Shown here: positions 36,283 to 48,998 of the stretch, piece by piece
Position numbering within the stretch: the stretch's first letter is position 1
Layout: each line of letters begins with the position of its first letter
Source: Phoronis australis
Lineage: Eukaryota > Animalia > Phoronida
Reading direction: 5' to 3'
DNA: 64,000 nt
Assembly (NCBI GenBank): GCA_002633005.1
Contig: NMRA01000207.1
Span: 519,470 to 583,469, forward strand
Program-made: the position numbers and the translations under genes
The notes under the pieces: model-generated
Told to the model about the DNA's origin: nothing
Database searches by the model: none
Seen by the model: the letters and a program-made list of their open reading frames with translations, nothing else

Positions 36283-39200
36283 ACGTCGGGTCAAGGAATT
36301 TTTAGACCCATACTAAAAACTTTGGGAATGTGGCCCCCTTGACAGCTGATCGTCTTGTCGGTTTACAAACAACCGGAACTGAAAATTAGTTACTATACAA
36401 TTATAGCGACGAAAGGTTAATCACTGTATAATACCATTTTATAAACTTTATATATTTCATTCATTGTCCTTTCGACTGAGCTGGCAAAATCTCCCAGGCC
36501 CTGGCAACCCTCAGTGAAAATTTCAGCCAAAGCATAAGGAATTTTGTCTTTGTAATTGTTTATATGACCGTTTATGCAATGCGTGGGTCACAGGTTTACA
36601 TTGCCTTATGTTACCAATATTTTAGAACATCGTTAGTATTTAAAATGTCAAATTTTATTCTGAAAATTCCCCGGCTTCCATAAGGCCACCGTGCTTTTGT
36701 TTACATATCGTTCATCATCAATGTGGCGGACCGTGTGTCGCGCTGTCTGGCTTTCGAGTACAGTCGTGTCACGTCTATGTATATAGCTCAATGATGAACA
36801 ACTGTTGTGGCTTAATTTGGAAAAACACTTAGAAAAACTAACTTTCATGTATGCATACTGTGGCGGAATTAAGAAACACGATTATGGCAGTGCTAATTGT
36901 AGCAGATCCACGAAGTGTGCTAAAATGGTAGAAAATTAGGCATAACATTTCTGTAGATAAAAGGTTGATTGGCGCAGGAGAAGGCCGATGCCTTCAATGC
37001 TCAGAAAAATTTCGGCAGGCAAGAGATTTGCCAAGAAAATGGCACAGTTGAGTCCGGGCATTCTAAAGGAAAGAACTGCAGCCAATTCCAGATATTCGGT
37101 GCAACTTCTCTCACCCGACGGCGTTGTTTCACGATACCGCAACCTCAAACAAGGTCAAAGAAAGGAAACGCGGAGGGTGAGATATTACAGAGTATTAATA
37201 TTTATTCTTGGATACAGGTGTCCACCTCACAATGAATTTCCCACGGTCATTATTTATGCCGATAGCAATGTTTTCGTCAACTGAAGAAGAACAGGAACCA
37301 TAGACATCCCGCGCGCTCCGTCTACGGCTCTGACACTTCAAACTTTTGTCAACACGATAGGTAGCCGCAGAAAGTTCGATGTTGACCTCATTCCAATCTT
37401 CTCTGCATTCTACAGTCTGGGGACGAAAACAATTCAATCCGCTCCTCGAAATAGGGCTTGCTTAGCTGGAATTCAGAACTGCGGTCATGAGAGTGTTTTC
37501 ACCTCCTGATTGCGAAGCGACTGAGTTAACTGTGGTATCTTCATCAGCGCGTGCTCTCAGCGGGAGGTCACCGTTTTATCCACTCAAGCGCTCGACAACA
37601 ACTAAAGTGACGAAAGTCTCAGAACTCCCACATGCAAATTTGATATGCAAATGAGGGAGTGCTTGACTATTGAGCCATCTATACATCGACGGAAAAGCTT
37701 AAATACCCGTGACTGCGTGTGGGAAATTGCGATCGCGTGCCCTGAAGTCGATATTTCAAAGTACAATTACACCACTGTTTAAAGTTGAAAAGTGAGTTTT
37801 TTGATATCTTTCTATAGAAAAAGCTTTATTCTCTGTGATGAAATCATCTGTTTTCTTTTAAATGAAACATAACTCCTGATATTAGTCCGGGGAAAGAGAC
37901 CAAAAACGGCGGTTTAGCTAGTTGTCCCTTCCTGGTTATCTCTTCCTGGTGATATGCAAAAGTATTTGAACGAGGGCGAAGGCCGACTTCAAATACTTGC
38001 ATATCACGAGTCGAGAAATAATAACACACTTGATACAAACACGTAAGTTGTATAACATATATATCATGTCCCCTATGCGCCCCGCTGATGATTCTTTAAA
38101 GAAGCGGGTTTACACAGATTGCTCCTCGTGTTTTTGTGTAGTTTGTCATATTTTATCAATGATGATCGCAGTTCGCGTGACACGTATACATGCAAGCAAT
38201 ATTTTTATGAATGAATTTTTTGCAGCCTGCATGACACGGCAGTTCCAAGTTGTATTTTACAGCAGCTACAGGCTTGGGGTGCATATCTGCTATATTCAGT
38301 ATTTTCGTCAGAGTTTAAGCTGAAATCTATTTCTAAGTTAAAATTTGCTTCCATTTGTGACGTTTTTCTTGACTTCGTTGAGTAGTATCTGTGCAGGACA
38401 CCCAAACGTTGTGGCGTATGCACGTTCATACGCTTCTTAAATATGCTCGTTGCGCGCGGTTATTACCGATTTTAGGTAGAAAATATTTAGAAATCTATCA
38501 TAAAATTGACAAAAATATCGTGTTTACAGCAGTTGCAGTTTTGCTTTTGGGCTCGACGTATTTTGATTTGTTTTGAGAACGATTTTAAAATTTTAGTCAT
38601 ATTTGACTATACAGAACCTCATCTGGTGTAGTGCAATTGGTGACCAAAAGGTGTCATGCTTTGGTAATGTTATTACTTTCCTAATCCCAAATGTATTGTG
38701 GCAAGTTCGAGACTTTTTGTGATCGAAGTGTTTTGTTCAGGTGCAAAACCATACGGTATATTAAGAAAAATTGTCAGCAATATTTTATTTCACGTAATTG
38801 TTTAACTTTAAAAACACATATCGTAGTGGTGACATGTGAAAAAATGCGCATGGAACTGAACCCGAAGCGATACCACATAATACAGTTTACAGTGAAACAA
38901 CACGTGAGGGTGAGATAGAAGGTCATTTATATTATGATAAACTAAACTACTACATGTACATATGTCGATAAATACAAGTTATATAATATGTTGAGCTGTA
39001 TATAGCCGGACACTCGGCACTACTGCAGGTATAACGAAGGTATATAATATGTTGAGCTATAAAGATAGGTAACACTATCCAAAGCAACATCGACATGATA
39101 AAATTGAGAGTAGATAGAAAAGGAAAAAGGGAAAATCGATTGATGGAGGGAGGGATGTAGAAATTGACTGAAAAATACAAAGTGGAAGACAAATTAAGGA

Positions 39201-39359
39201 CAGTGTTCCGACGAGACAAAGAAATCACGTAGTACAGTTAAACCAATAGTGGGAGAACAAAAAGGGTCCAGTCACTAACCCAAGAACCAAAACAATATGA
39301 TAATGAAGACGAAGCAGTGCAGCTAAAATAGAATAATTTGATACTTAAGGAATATTTAT

Positions 39360-41980
39360 ATGCGTTAACTACGAAGCGATACCGAATCTAGTTTACAGTG
39401 GAACTACTATATGTCATGGTAATCTAAACTACTACATATATAGATAAATACACCAGTTATATGATATATTGAGTTGTAAATGTGGGTGACAATCTGCCAC
39501 AGTTACAGCAGAAGGATGCATACGCCCATCCAAGGGAGAGCGAGTGACGCTGTCAAAAATTAGGAAACATCGACATGAAGTAATGTTAAACTGTAAACCA
39601 ATATAACCTGTGTTAGACATGGAGAGAACTATGGCTGGCTAGGAGGTGATCCAACAACAAGTATAATAAGGATTGGAATAGGTGCCCGGGAGGGAGAACC
39701 CCGAAACGTTAAGTGGTAGAGAGGCGACGAAAAATGGGCTGGAAACTGACAATACAGTTGGCGCGATGATGAAAATGCAGAGTGGATGCCGGAAACTGGC
39801 AACACAGGTACTCGTAAAAAGGAAATGTTGGTGAGCATGTCACTAGACATTGCCAACTCAGTAGCCCCCGAGATGAAGATGGGTAGTGACAATACAATTG
39901 CCCTTAGGAAAAGGGTTGGTGAGTGGGACGTGGCACTGGCAATACAGTTGGCCAGTTTGTGAGAAAAGGTGTGATGAGGTTGAGCGCTTTCGATACAGCT
40001 GCTCATTGGAGAGACGGAGGATTAAAACAACGTGTGAGTGGGAGCGTTAGTAGCGGGGAAGTGGAGGGATGGGAGACGAATGTATTTCCTGAGCGCGTCG
40101 GACGACCAGCGACTCGAACGCTGAATGGTCGAGTCGTCGATTTGGAGGGTCGCAGCTGAGACGGTTGCGCCAATACGGAAACTATGAGATTTGTACCGTT
40201 TAGGATGGAGACCAATGCACTAGAATACAAAGTCAAGGTTGTGAATGAAGTACATATGTGAGCGAGTTATGGGGGAACCATTGGGGAACTGGAAGAGAGG
40301 TGCGGATGAGTGGTTGGAGAGATTGAGATAGTGCTGAAGTATGGCAGCAGGGCAATGGGGACCGGTAGAACGAGGACTAACGAGAATGGTAGGAGTGTGG
40401 TCATGATGTAGTGGCGGATCTAGGATACCAACATCCTCGGGGAACAGGTCAAAAGCGCGATCGTATGTGCACGCAGGCGGCCCGGAAGGTGGGGGAGAGC
40501 CCTCTGCCCCCCACCCCTAAATCCGCCTATATGATGTTTGTAGTGCATTACGCCGTTTTCCCGTTGCTCCCAACTTGTTCCATTCTATAGCCCAACAACA
40601 AGTTGGGAAGTTTACCCCTGTAACAATTATCTTACATGACTGACCAACTCCATTCTGGCATTCATGGTTGGAGGGCCAGGTCTCTTTTGTTCGATAATTG
40701 CTCTTATCTTCAATAAGATTGTATCTAGCCTAGTTAAGTTATAACATACATAACATGGAATTGTCGTGAGGACTTGACTGGGACCTCGGGGGTTTCACGC
40801 TCCACCGGCTTATATCTACACTAATTTGAAAAGGCTTTGTCCAGTCACAGGTTGGGGGTCATAAATGCCTAGGACATAATGCAAGTCAGGTTTTTTCAAG
40901 CGGAGCTCTTATCATCAAACCATTAACTTCACGGGAAATAAAATGCAATCGGCCAAATAGATTTGTGCATGGTTTTCTCTTGATCGCAGACCATCCGGAG
41001 TTGTCCCATTGACAACTCCAGAGGTCTCTCACGAGGATTTAACGTTATGTTTGAACATAAACCAATAGCATTTCTGAAATCCTCGTCAAATGGTGATCAT
41101 GATTAGTTTTTGCATCGCCAAAATCGCCCAACTGCAACCGAAATAGTTGCTGCAACGCCACTTGCATGACAAGGCTAAAAATCGTTCCTAGTCTGCCATT
41201 TTTTCACGGTGTTGTAAAACTAACCAATGACTGCTGAGGTTACATCAACCAATGCTAAAGCGCGTGCCTCTGCGTGATACCTGCGTGCTGGCTAGGCACG
41301 TAGGGGACCAGCGAGGGACGTGGAAGTGACTGAAACGTCGGGGACCTGGAGGATGGAGAGGAATGATGAAGCAGAGGTCGCAACAGTAATTCATGAAGCA
41401 AGGCGTGAACGGCCGTGGAGATACATGAAGTGAGAGTCGAGAGCAGAGGGCAAAGCACTGAGGAGGCGGTGAAAAATAGGTGTTTTTATTGGGAGACGGG
41501 TGTCCAGGGATGGCCGAGAATTGGGCACGCCCTGAGGAATTTTCTTTAACGGAAATGAGGAAGTAGGATCAAGCAATTAGGAGTCCAGTTGATGAGTGAA
41601 ACCTATGGCAGAGACATGGTGGATGCAGTTAAGCCAGATGAGAAGAGGAAAGCTACGGTAGATGTGGAGACAGGGAAAACAGGCAAGGGGCATGCTGATG
41701 GAGGAAATGGCAAAAGACTCGGCGGTAAGTTGAAACTGTGGAGGGGGCAAGGGACTCACGGAGGAGCGAAATCAGACTGTAAGGAGGTGCTGTGGAACTG
41801 CGGTCGGTGTTGGAGAGAGCTACGCCACGGATCCATGGAAAGAGCATCCTCGAAAAGAAACCGAGACAATTTATTTGCAATGAAATTAGTTCTGCCAGGG
41901 ATGTTATGATGGAGGCGTTGGACAAGGCGCATAATGTTCGTGTAATTAGTGGAGGTTTTATTTATGATATCAACAGTTTA
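39360..41980 (-). mobile_element. DIRS/Ngaro-type retroelement relic (RNase H end plus tyrosine recombinase), interrupted by insertions (copy 2)
   Basis: RNase H motifs VDIINKTS...IMRLV and NIPGRTNFIANKLSR (~41860-41975). YR N-terminus SLAPSTVSTY, VSAIGFTHQL, DPTSSF..KK..QG, DTRLPI. Then CPAAILQHYL, HSFRIGA (40166-40186) and RWSSDALRKYIR. Confidence 0.88.
40410..40530. mobile_element. 121-bp GC-rich MITE inserted in the YR gene, with target-site duplication
   Basis: Ends agtggcggatctagg and cctaaatccgcctat; flanked by atgatgt at 40403-40409 and 40531-40537. Related ends occur at ~11717, ~13453 and 53946-54107. Confidence 0.8.
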
Positions 41981-44327
41981 TGTGTAATGACTACATTTAC
42001 TTCGCCGTTTTTTTCAGACATTACTTTTGCAAAGTGTTTTAAGGGTCAAAACTCTTATAGAAGTCGAGGTTCCAGGTATGCCGAAATCAACAAACGCCGT
42101 GTCACTAATAGAAGCCCACTGTAACAGACCCTCCTCTCTAATAGAAGTCTCCCTTTAATATAAAAGGCTGGGTATGTAGCATGTCAGAATGGAATACTCG
42201 CCCCAGATACTATCAGAAGCTGGTAAATCACGTGGGTCCCGCGAACGAAGTCAATAAAAAGTAGAAAGCAACTGCCACAAATTCTTTATGGTAACTTTGC
42301 ATTTTGAAAATTAAAATCCGTTAAGCAGAAAATGCGACAGAGGACACGTGGGGTTACGTTCCGTAGACGCAAGACACTCTCGAGAAATGCTAGTGTGGTC
42401 AATCACGTTCTGCGCTTGTAATAGATGGCGAGATCTCGCGACAAATTGAGTGTTCTCCATTTTTCACAAGAAGCGTCCATAGAATGAAGCCCAGCTTGGC
42501 TGCGTTCAGTGTAACAAGTTCTTGAGAGAATAAAGTTAAAAGATCAGACCAATCTGGATCTCTTTTTATTCATGAAAGTGTCTCTCAAATGCGCTAGCGA
42601 GCTGCAAAAAACGTAGTACCTAAATGCCACAATTTTAATTACTGAACATTCGGATGATCTATCCTGTGTTCAACCATTTCCTATGGTGCGATTATTCAGT
42701 TAACATCGCACCAGAGAGTTGATTTATTCGTTTTTTATACACAGGCTCATCGAAATAAGAAAATACTCATTTTAACAGAGGAGATGGATTCAATACTGGT
42801 AATGACAAAAATAATTATGATAATAATAATTATCATAATTATATTATCATACTTCCCTTGGTGGTCGTGACTGTGATGATACATGCAGTAGCAGCTGCAG
42901 CAATGAGATATTTTTTACATCTAAAATGATTTAAGAAGCAGAGCCATTTTTGACAATACCATTGTTTTGGGGTGAGACACTTTACTCTCTGTTTTAGATG
43001 ACGGAAATGAAGGAATTTTGTAGGAGAAAAGGTACGAATTCGACTTTTATTTGTTAGCCAGCTACTTAGGGGATATGAAGCTTCAAAGTTCACTATTTCA
43101 GGTATTTTTTCCTGGCGCAATCTGTTAACGCTTCGTATTTATTGGATGGGAAGTCTCATTTTCTGCGTACATCGCATTAAAAGATCGATAACGCACCGGT
43201 ATCGCATCGATAACGCATTGCCAGGTAGTTGGTTTTACGCATGCAGGTAATATCCTCAGTTTAAAGAAGCATGGGTTGCGAAAGCTCATCAAAAATATCT
43301 TTTAAAGAATTTCTGACGAAAGTACCATCCTGCAACATCTAGGACAGAATATTTCACTTTTCCCTGTGGGGAAATACGCTGAACAATCGCAAAATTCACG
43401 ATTTTTGAAGTACGCGAGAAGGAAAAACTTGGTTACCACAGAGTTTCCTATCTTCCTTCCGCTTATGATAAATGCGTTCATGCACTCACAGTCAGTTGTT
43501 TGAAGTCGCTTGAGGTTAAAAGGTTACATTTTCCACATCAGAGAAAGGTGCTACGTCTATTTTGCCACTCCAAATAAGGAGACGTGCTTTGCCTTGAGGG
43601 AGGAAAATCAACGAAGTGGCGAGTAGATAACAGACCGTTTTTTGAAATTTTAAACTAAAAGAAAATGCTTTGATATGAATAGAAATTAAAAACATTTATT
43701 ATCAAACCCTAAAAATACCTGGTAAGCTAATTGAAATCTGTTTCAGTGGCAGAAAACCACTTTCAACTACATTGCAATTTAGTCTGTTTATCGTGTTCCA
43801 GACCTCTGTATTACCAAATTAAAAGGCTGTCTTTAAGTTAACGTCTGGTTGTACATAAATGATTTTTAATATTCATTACAAAATATACAAAGCATGATAA
43901 TAAGAGTTAAGCCCATGTTTACGCCCTGCCTAAAATATAGGGGGTCGAATTTTTTAGTATGTGGGCCTTGTACTGAAAAAATAAACTGGGACTAAAACAC
44001 AAAAAACGGGGTACTACGTTCAGGCCTATGAATTGTGCATTCCCACCGAATTCCTGAGGACTTGTCTCGTTTTCTCGGATTTTCTGTTTCTCTGGGGTGG
44101 ACCTTTTTGCCCATTTCGCCAAATGGGGGGCTCATTCGAGCCCCTCCGACCCCCCCCCCGGGTGCGCCCATGAAGCCCAGAAAGCACTACAGAGCATTAT
44201 ATCTGGGCGTAACTTGAAATGACTTTCATCATCCCACTTAACTGCATACTGTTACAAAAATATTCTCTTGTTCTTTTCTGTCGATTCTTTACAGGTTGGT
44301 GCCCGCCGATGTATGGCTGTATCGAAA

Positions 44328-45512
44328 TCAGAAGCTATCAGTTGAGGGTTCCATGTTCCTTTGAAGAATAGAAAACTTGGCTGGCTGGCTGGCTGAAGTG
44401 ACTGACGATATCGAGAAGTTGGCTGTTGCACAATCTTGTTCGTTCGAAAAATCCTGAGGCGGGTTTGACCTAAGCCCGAAGCTATTCACGTCGAGATGAG
44501 GGCGTGGCTGATGACCCAGTAAGGAAACCTTGCAACCACTGAACGAGTCGCATAGAATCTGATGCGCCTCACGTCGAAACAACGGGCAGGAGGATACGTA
44601 AAGGTAGAAATTTGCAGCGTGGTCGACGGGAATTGTGATCGGTATAACCGTCTCAAATATCTGCTCCTCTACTGTCATCTTACAGTGACCAATGCAGTTC
44701 AGGTGTAGGAAACAGTGAACCATGTGTGGTAAGGTGAAAATCAGAAAGAAAATCGACACGGTGATCAAAAGACGCGTTATCATCCGACTGTGTTTCGAAT
44801 AGAATACGCTTTTGCTGCGACCGATGATTTTGGCTTTTTGTGTCTTAATAACTGTCAGTATTATGATGTTGCACGCGCTGATGACGACGAAAGGAATTGC
44901 ACAGTAGAAAACGAGATGAGTAACGCTATTTCCCGGGTGGAAGTGGTCCGAGTGCTCGGGGTCCAGTTTGCACACGCCGCCTACGGGTTTTGATGTGAAG
45001 AATGCATGTGAAGAATACGAAAACGAGATTATGAACAACAGATAAACCGCAACAATGCCACGTTTCACTGTGCATATCTGTTTGACTTTAAACGGTAGTA
45101 GAACTGCAATCGCACGGTCAACGGACATTGCTACTAGAATCCATGCAGATGCCATCTGACTTCCATTCGAGAGAAAACGAGAAAATCCACAGCCAAAATA
45201 GGTGCTCGTAACCGGCCTGGAAACATCGGCGTAGATCTCAATGTACAATAACGAAGATACCATAACTACGGTATTCGACAAAGCGAGGCCAATGAAGTAG
45301 ACGACAGACGACAGAGGTCGACGACGTAGTAAAATGCTGAACAGAGCCAGCGCAACTACATTTCCAACGAGTCCAACCACAGACACAATTATTCGCACGT
45401 ACAAGCATATTTCACGCCAAATTCGAAGAGTTTCAACTTCTGTGGAAGTCGAGCAATCTTCCAGTTCTTGACAAGTGCTCGTATTGAACGAGGTGGTATT
45501 GTTGAGTTCCAT
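44328..45512 (-). CDS. Intronless class A GPCR (GPCR-3, 394 aa), recent duplicate or allele of GPCR-2
   Basis: Intact ORF with 10 amino-acid differences from GPCR-2. Confidence 0.92.
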   Translation of the reverse strand: MELNNTTSFNTSTCQELEDCSTSTEVETLRIWREICLYVRIIVSVVGLVGNVVALALFSILLRRRPLSSVVYFIGLALSNTVVMVSSLLYIEIYADVSRPVTSTYFGCGFSRFLSNGSQMASAWILVAMSVDRAIAVLLPFKVKQICTVKRGIVAVYLLFIISFSYSSHAFFTSKPVGGVCKLDPEHSDHFHPGNSVTHLVFYCAIPFVVISACNIIILTVIKTQKAKIIGRSKSVFYSKHSRMITRLLITVSIFFLIFTLPHMVHCFLHLNCIGHCKMTVEEQIFETVIPITIPVDHAANFYLYVSSCPLFRREAHQILCDSFSGCKVSLLGHQPRPHLDVNSFGLRSNPPQDFSNEQDCATANFSISSVTSASQPAKFSILQRNMEPSTDSF

Positions 45513-46900
45513 GTGAGATTGTGCTTTTCTTCGTTTTCACAAGCTTCTTGTCATCCTTGTCATCTTGTCACGTTCTAGGTTATTTTTAAACAGTCGCGAA
45601 GATTCAATCACATTATCGTTGAACTTGTGTTTATTACTTGCCACGTCTTAAGATAGTTCAATTTAATGGCCTAAACGGCTTATCCTGTCATCTTCTCCAA
45701 AGGGTATTAAAATTAATTACGTGGATGATGTGATTTACAAGTTCATCATTTGATTTTAATGCAAATCTGCACCCAGAGTTTATTCTCTGAAGTAAGGCTC
45801 AACTAAGACTCCGATTTGAAACTTGGAAATCACATTGCATGGTCCGTGTACAAATACTCGAAGCGTGCCACGCAGAAGGTCAAATTTCGAGTCTAAGTTT
45901 CGTAAACAGACATAGGAAACCGGACCCAGTCTTGGTAATCATCAGCGACGTACAGTGAGTAGACACAATTTAATCCCCAAAACGTATTTTAGCGACTCTA
46001 ACATTGATTAAAAAAGATGGAAAACTTGACAAATGTGTGACTCACAACCACTTTTTGTCTAAGCAGATTGCTGCTCATTAACTCTGTCCATTATCGCGAT
46101 CGTTGTGTTTTATATGCTTTTTATCATGTTTGATTAATTAATTAAAATTTCTCTGTGTTATGCTTATCAGCCAGCCATTCTCATGTTAAGAAAACTACGA
46201 CTAATAATATTGCGTCGCGGAAAATTTGTCACTAGTGAAGAATATCATTTGGGCATGTCACACAACGAGACGAATCACTATCTTTTACCCAGGTACAAAA
46301 ATCCTCAAAGCTGCGTGCGTATCATTGCATGTTTGATAATTATCACGTAAAATTTAATCGTGGTGACCGGAAGTGAGACATTGTTAATCAAACGTCAATG
46401 ACCTCCGACTAGGGAGTCTGCTGATTAGATTCCACATCCAACTAGGTGGAATCGACCCTCTGGGAAAAGCTTGAAGTAGAAACGAACAACACACTTAGCA
46501 AGGTTTTGTTGAATCGTTAAATTTGCTAGTTAATAACAAAGGGTGGCTGACATTTGCAGTTTCCGTCTCCTTTTGACTGTTCTGGTAATTTTAGATCATG
46601 CGGCACTCTTTGCTGTGAATATTCATGCGCTCACTCGGAGAGGGGCTCGAGGGACTCGGACGAGCGAATTTAAACTACTGGTACTTTAAATCTACCTGAA
46701 TGGAAGCGGCCTTGAAAAATCTTTTAAATTTATGCACATGCTTGTATCAGCTTCTGTGTAATTTTCTTTTGGTATCGTTGTGCTCAATCACGCTACCTCG
46801 TTCGCTGGTAGGCGTAAATATAAATACATGCATCATAATATGCGTCTTGTTACGACCATTTACACCAGCAAGACGTTACTAGTCCCCCTCGTTACACTGA

Positions 46901-47747
46901 TATTAAACAGAATTCCCGGGTAGAGTTCAATAGCTGTCTCGCTCAATGAGATGAATATAACTATAGTTGAAGTCACGTGGTTTTCGTTGAGCGGTGTGGT
47001 CCGCCATCTTGCTGATGAACCATGTTAGTCGAGATGCGTGTGTACTGTGTAGTATCGAGGAACCAATATTTGTAACAACACGAGATTTCAAGTAAAAACT
47101 CATATCTTTTATGTTAGTATCATCAACTGCAAACTAGGATTTTTTGAAAATCATCCAAGAAAACCATTGCATTCTTGAGCACAGAATTTTAAAAAGGGTC
47201 TTTAGTTATAGCAGAAAACATAAAAAATAAAAATAAAGTTTGATTTCTAGTATAAAGATTAGACCCAGAATCAATGATATAATATTTTTGTCTTTCGAGG
47301 TTTAAAATTGAAACTGAAATACAATGATTTTGTGCGTGAGAATTCCATCGCAGAAACAATACTGTTCAACTTCGTTTGGTTCCCAGAACACCCACCCAAG
47401 TCGATGTTTCATGGTCTTTTACTTGACTTTCCTTCTTAGTCCGATATGTCTTTAAGGGTTTAGTGACCAATATATCTGTTGTTTTCTAGCAACGAAGAAA
47501 GACAAAAAGTGACTTCAAAATTAATAGTTGTGCATTTTTTACAGAGTGTACACCAATTTGAAGATTTATTAATATAGCCAGGTTACTAAGAATAGAACAG
47601 GATCGAAGGAAGGGATACCCCAAGAATGCTACAACTCACAATGTTGTATTGAGATAGTAGATGGGTTGTTTCGGTAGATTTCAAGAGATGGGACAAATGT
47701 CCTGTAGCCTGGCGAGATTTTAAAATCTGCAACTGTCTTACTCGAGG
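46901..47747. mobile_element. Copy-2-specific ~850-bp insertion (unclassified)
   Basis: Absent from the equivalent site in copy 1 (~35272, ...ttatactg|aaaaacc...). No convincing TIR or TSD. Confidence 0.55.
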
Positions 47748-48998
47748 AAAACCATCATATTTTGTATTCTGTCCTGTTTATGACCTTCCGAAACTTACAG
47801 TGTATTAATGCCTGGGTATGTAGGACAGGGCAGGTAGAGTTTACGACCATTGCGTTTGTCATGTTATTTATTTTGTGGCGGTGTGTTGTCAATTATAAAT
47901 GTACTAGTAACATATTTGTGTGCCAGTTAATGTCGGATTCAACTGAACTGAGGGATTTTAACTTGGTTGAATTCTTACTTTTGCTGAAGTGCAGTGCATG
48001 TATGGTACCAGTAAAATATAGTAACTTTGTACCTGCTAGACTAGACATTTACCTTTTACAGTCACGTGTCATTTTACTGCGTGATGGTGATATTTTGAAA
48101 TAAGAATATTTTGAAATAAATCAAAACTTTATTGTTTGAAATGGTGACAGTATCTCAATGTGTTGTTTCTGTGTGAACATTTTTCTTGTCCTTCTCGTTC
48201 TGGATGGCCAATAATATGGAAGTATGCTTGTTACTGACAGAAAAAAACGGCGAATCCCCACATCATGGTCTCATAAAAGGGGTACATTGAGTGGCGTAAA
48301 AATTAATATTGGTAAAAATTAATAATGTGAACGCCTTTTAAAAAAAACTTTAGTTCCGCGGCTTGTTGTTTTACAGCAGAGTCTATAACACAACATTTTG
48401 AACTGTGAGACCATGTCGTTTCAAACTGCAAAAATTACCAGTTCGCCACCCTAAGATGAATGAGGTACTAGGACGAGTAATAGCAGGAAGTGGTTATCTC
48501 TTCCTGGTAATACTAGACAGTTAAAGAAAAGGAGCGTATCACTGTAGTAATTTTCCTTGAGACACTTCAGCACCCCTTACATGCGTTTTATTTTTTGAAA
48601 AAAAACGTCTGCATATTAATGTCACTATTATTCCTTGGTATAACGTGAAGTAGACAATTCCAATCACCTTTCTGAAACTAATTGGGTCTGTGCAAATGCA
48701 TACGTCGACCTCCGGCTTCGGCCGCCCAAATAGTGGTGTTCACAGGCACACGCGGGTAACCGATGTTTACGCTTTATGTGCGTGCCTTACCAGTACAGGG
48801 TGTTTTTGGTGTTGTGCATTCTTCTTTTTTCATTGAAATACTTAATGTTAACAAGTCAGTTATTATAACTCTATCGTTTTGCAAAATTTTGCTGTGTGGT
48901 ATATCAATGCGTGTTGTGGCCGATAAATGGCGCGCACGTGGTAATAAAACAACACACGAATACTTTAACAATAGAATACGTCTATTAATTTGCAGCGT

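Larger units (their letters stand above)
28284..36790 (+). repeat. Segmental duplication copy 1 (contains GPCR-2)
   Basis: Colinear and very highly similar to 37949-50795. A single N at 30687 stands in place of ~2 kb that is present in copy 2. Confidence 0.95.

Noticed and set aside
36960-37620. Exon-like, basic ORFs in the spacer between the duplicates
   Set aside because: A GTGAG donor is present but there is no confident homology. Probably a decayed DNA transposon; family not assignable.
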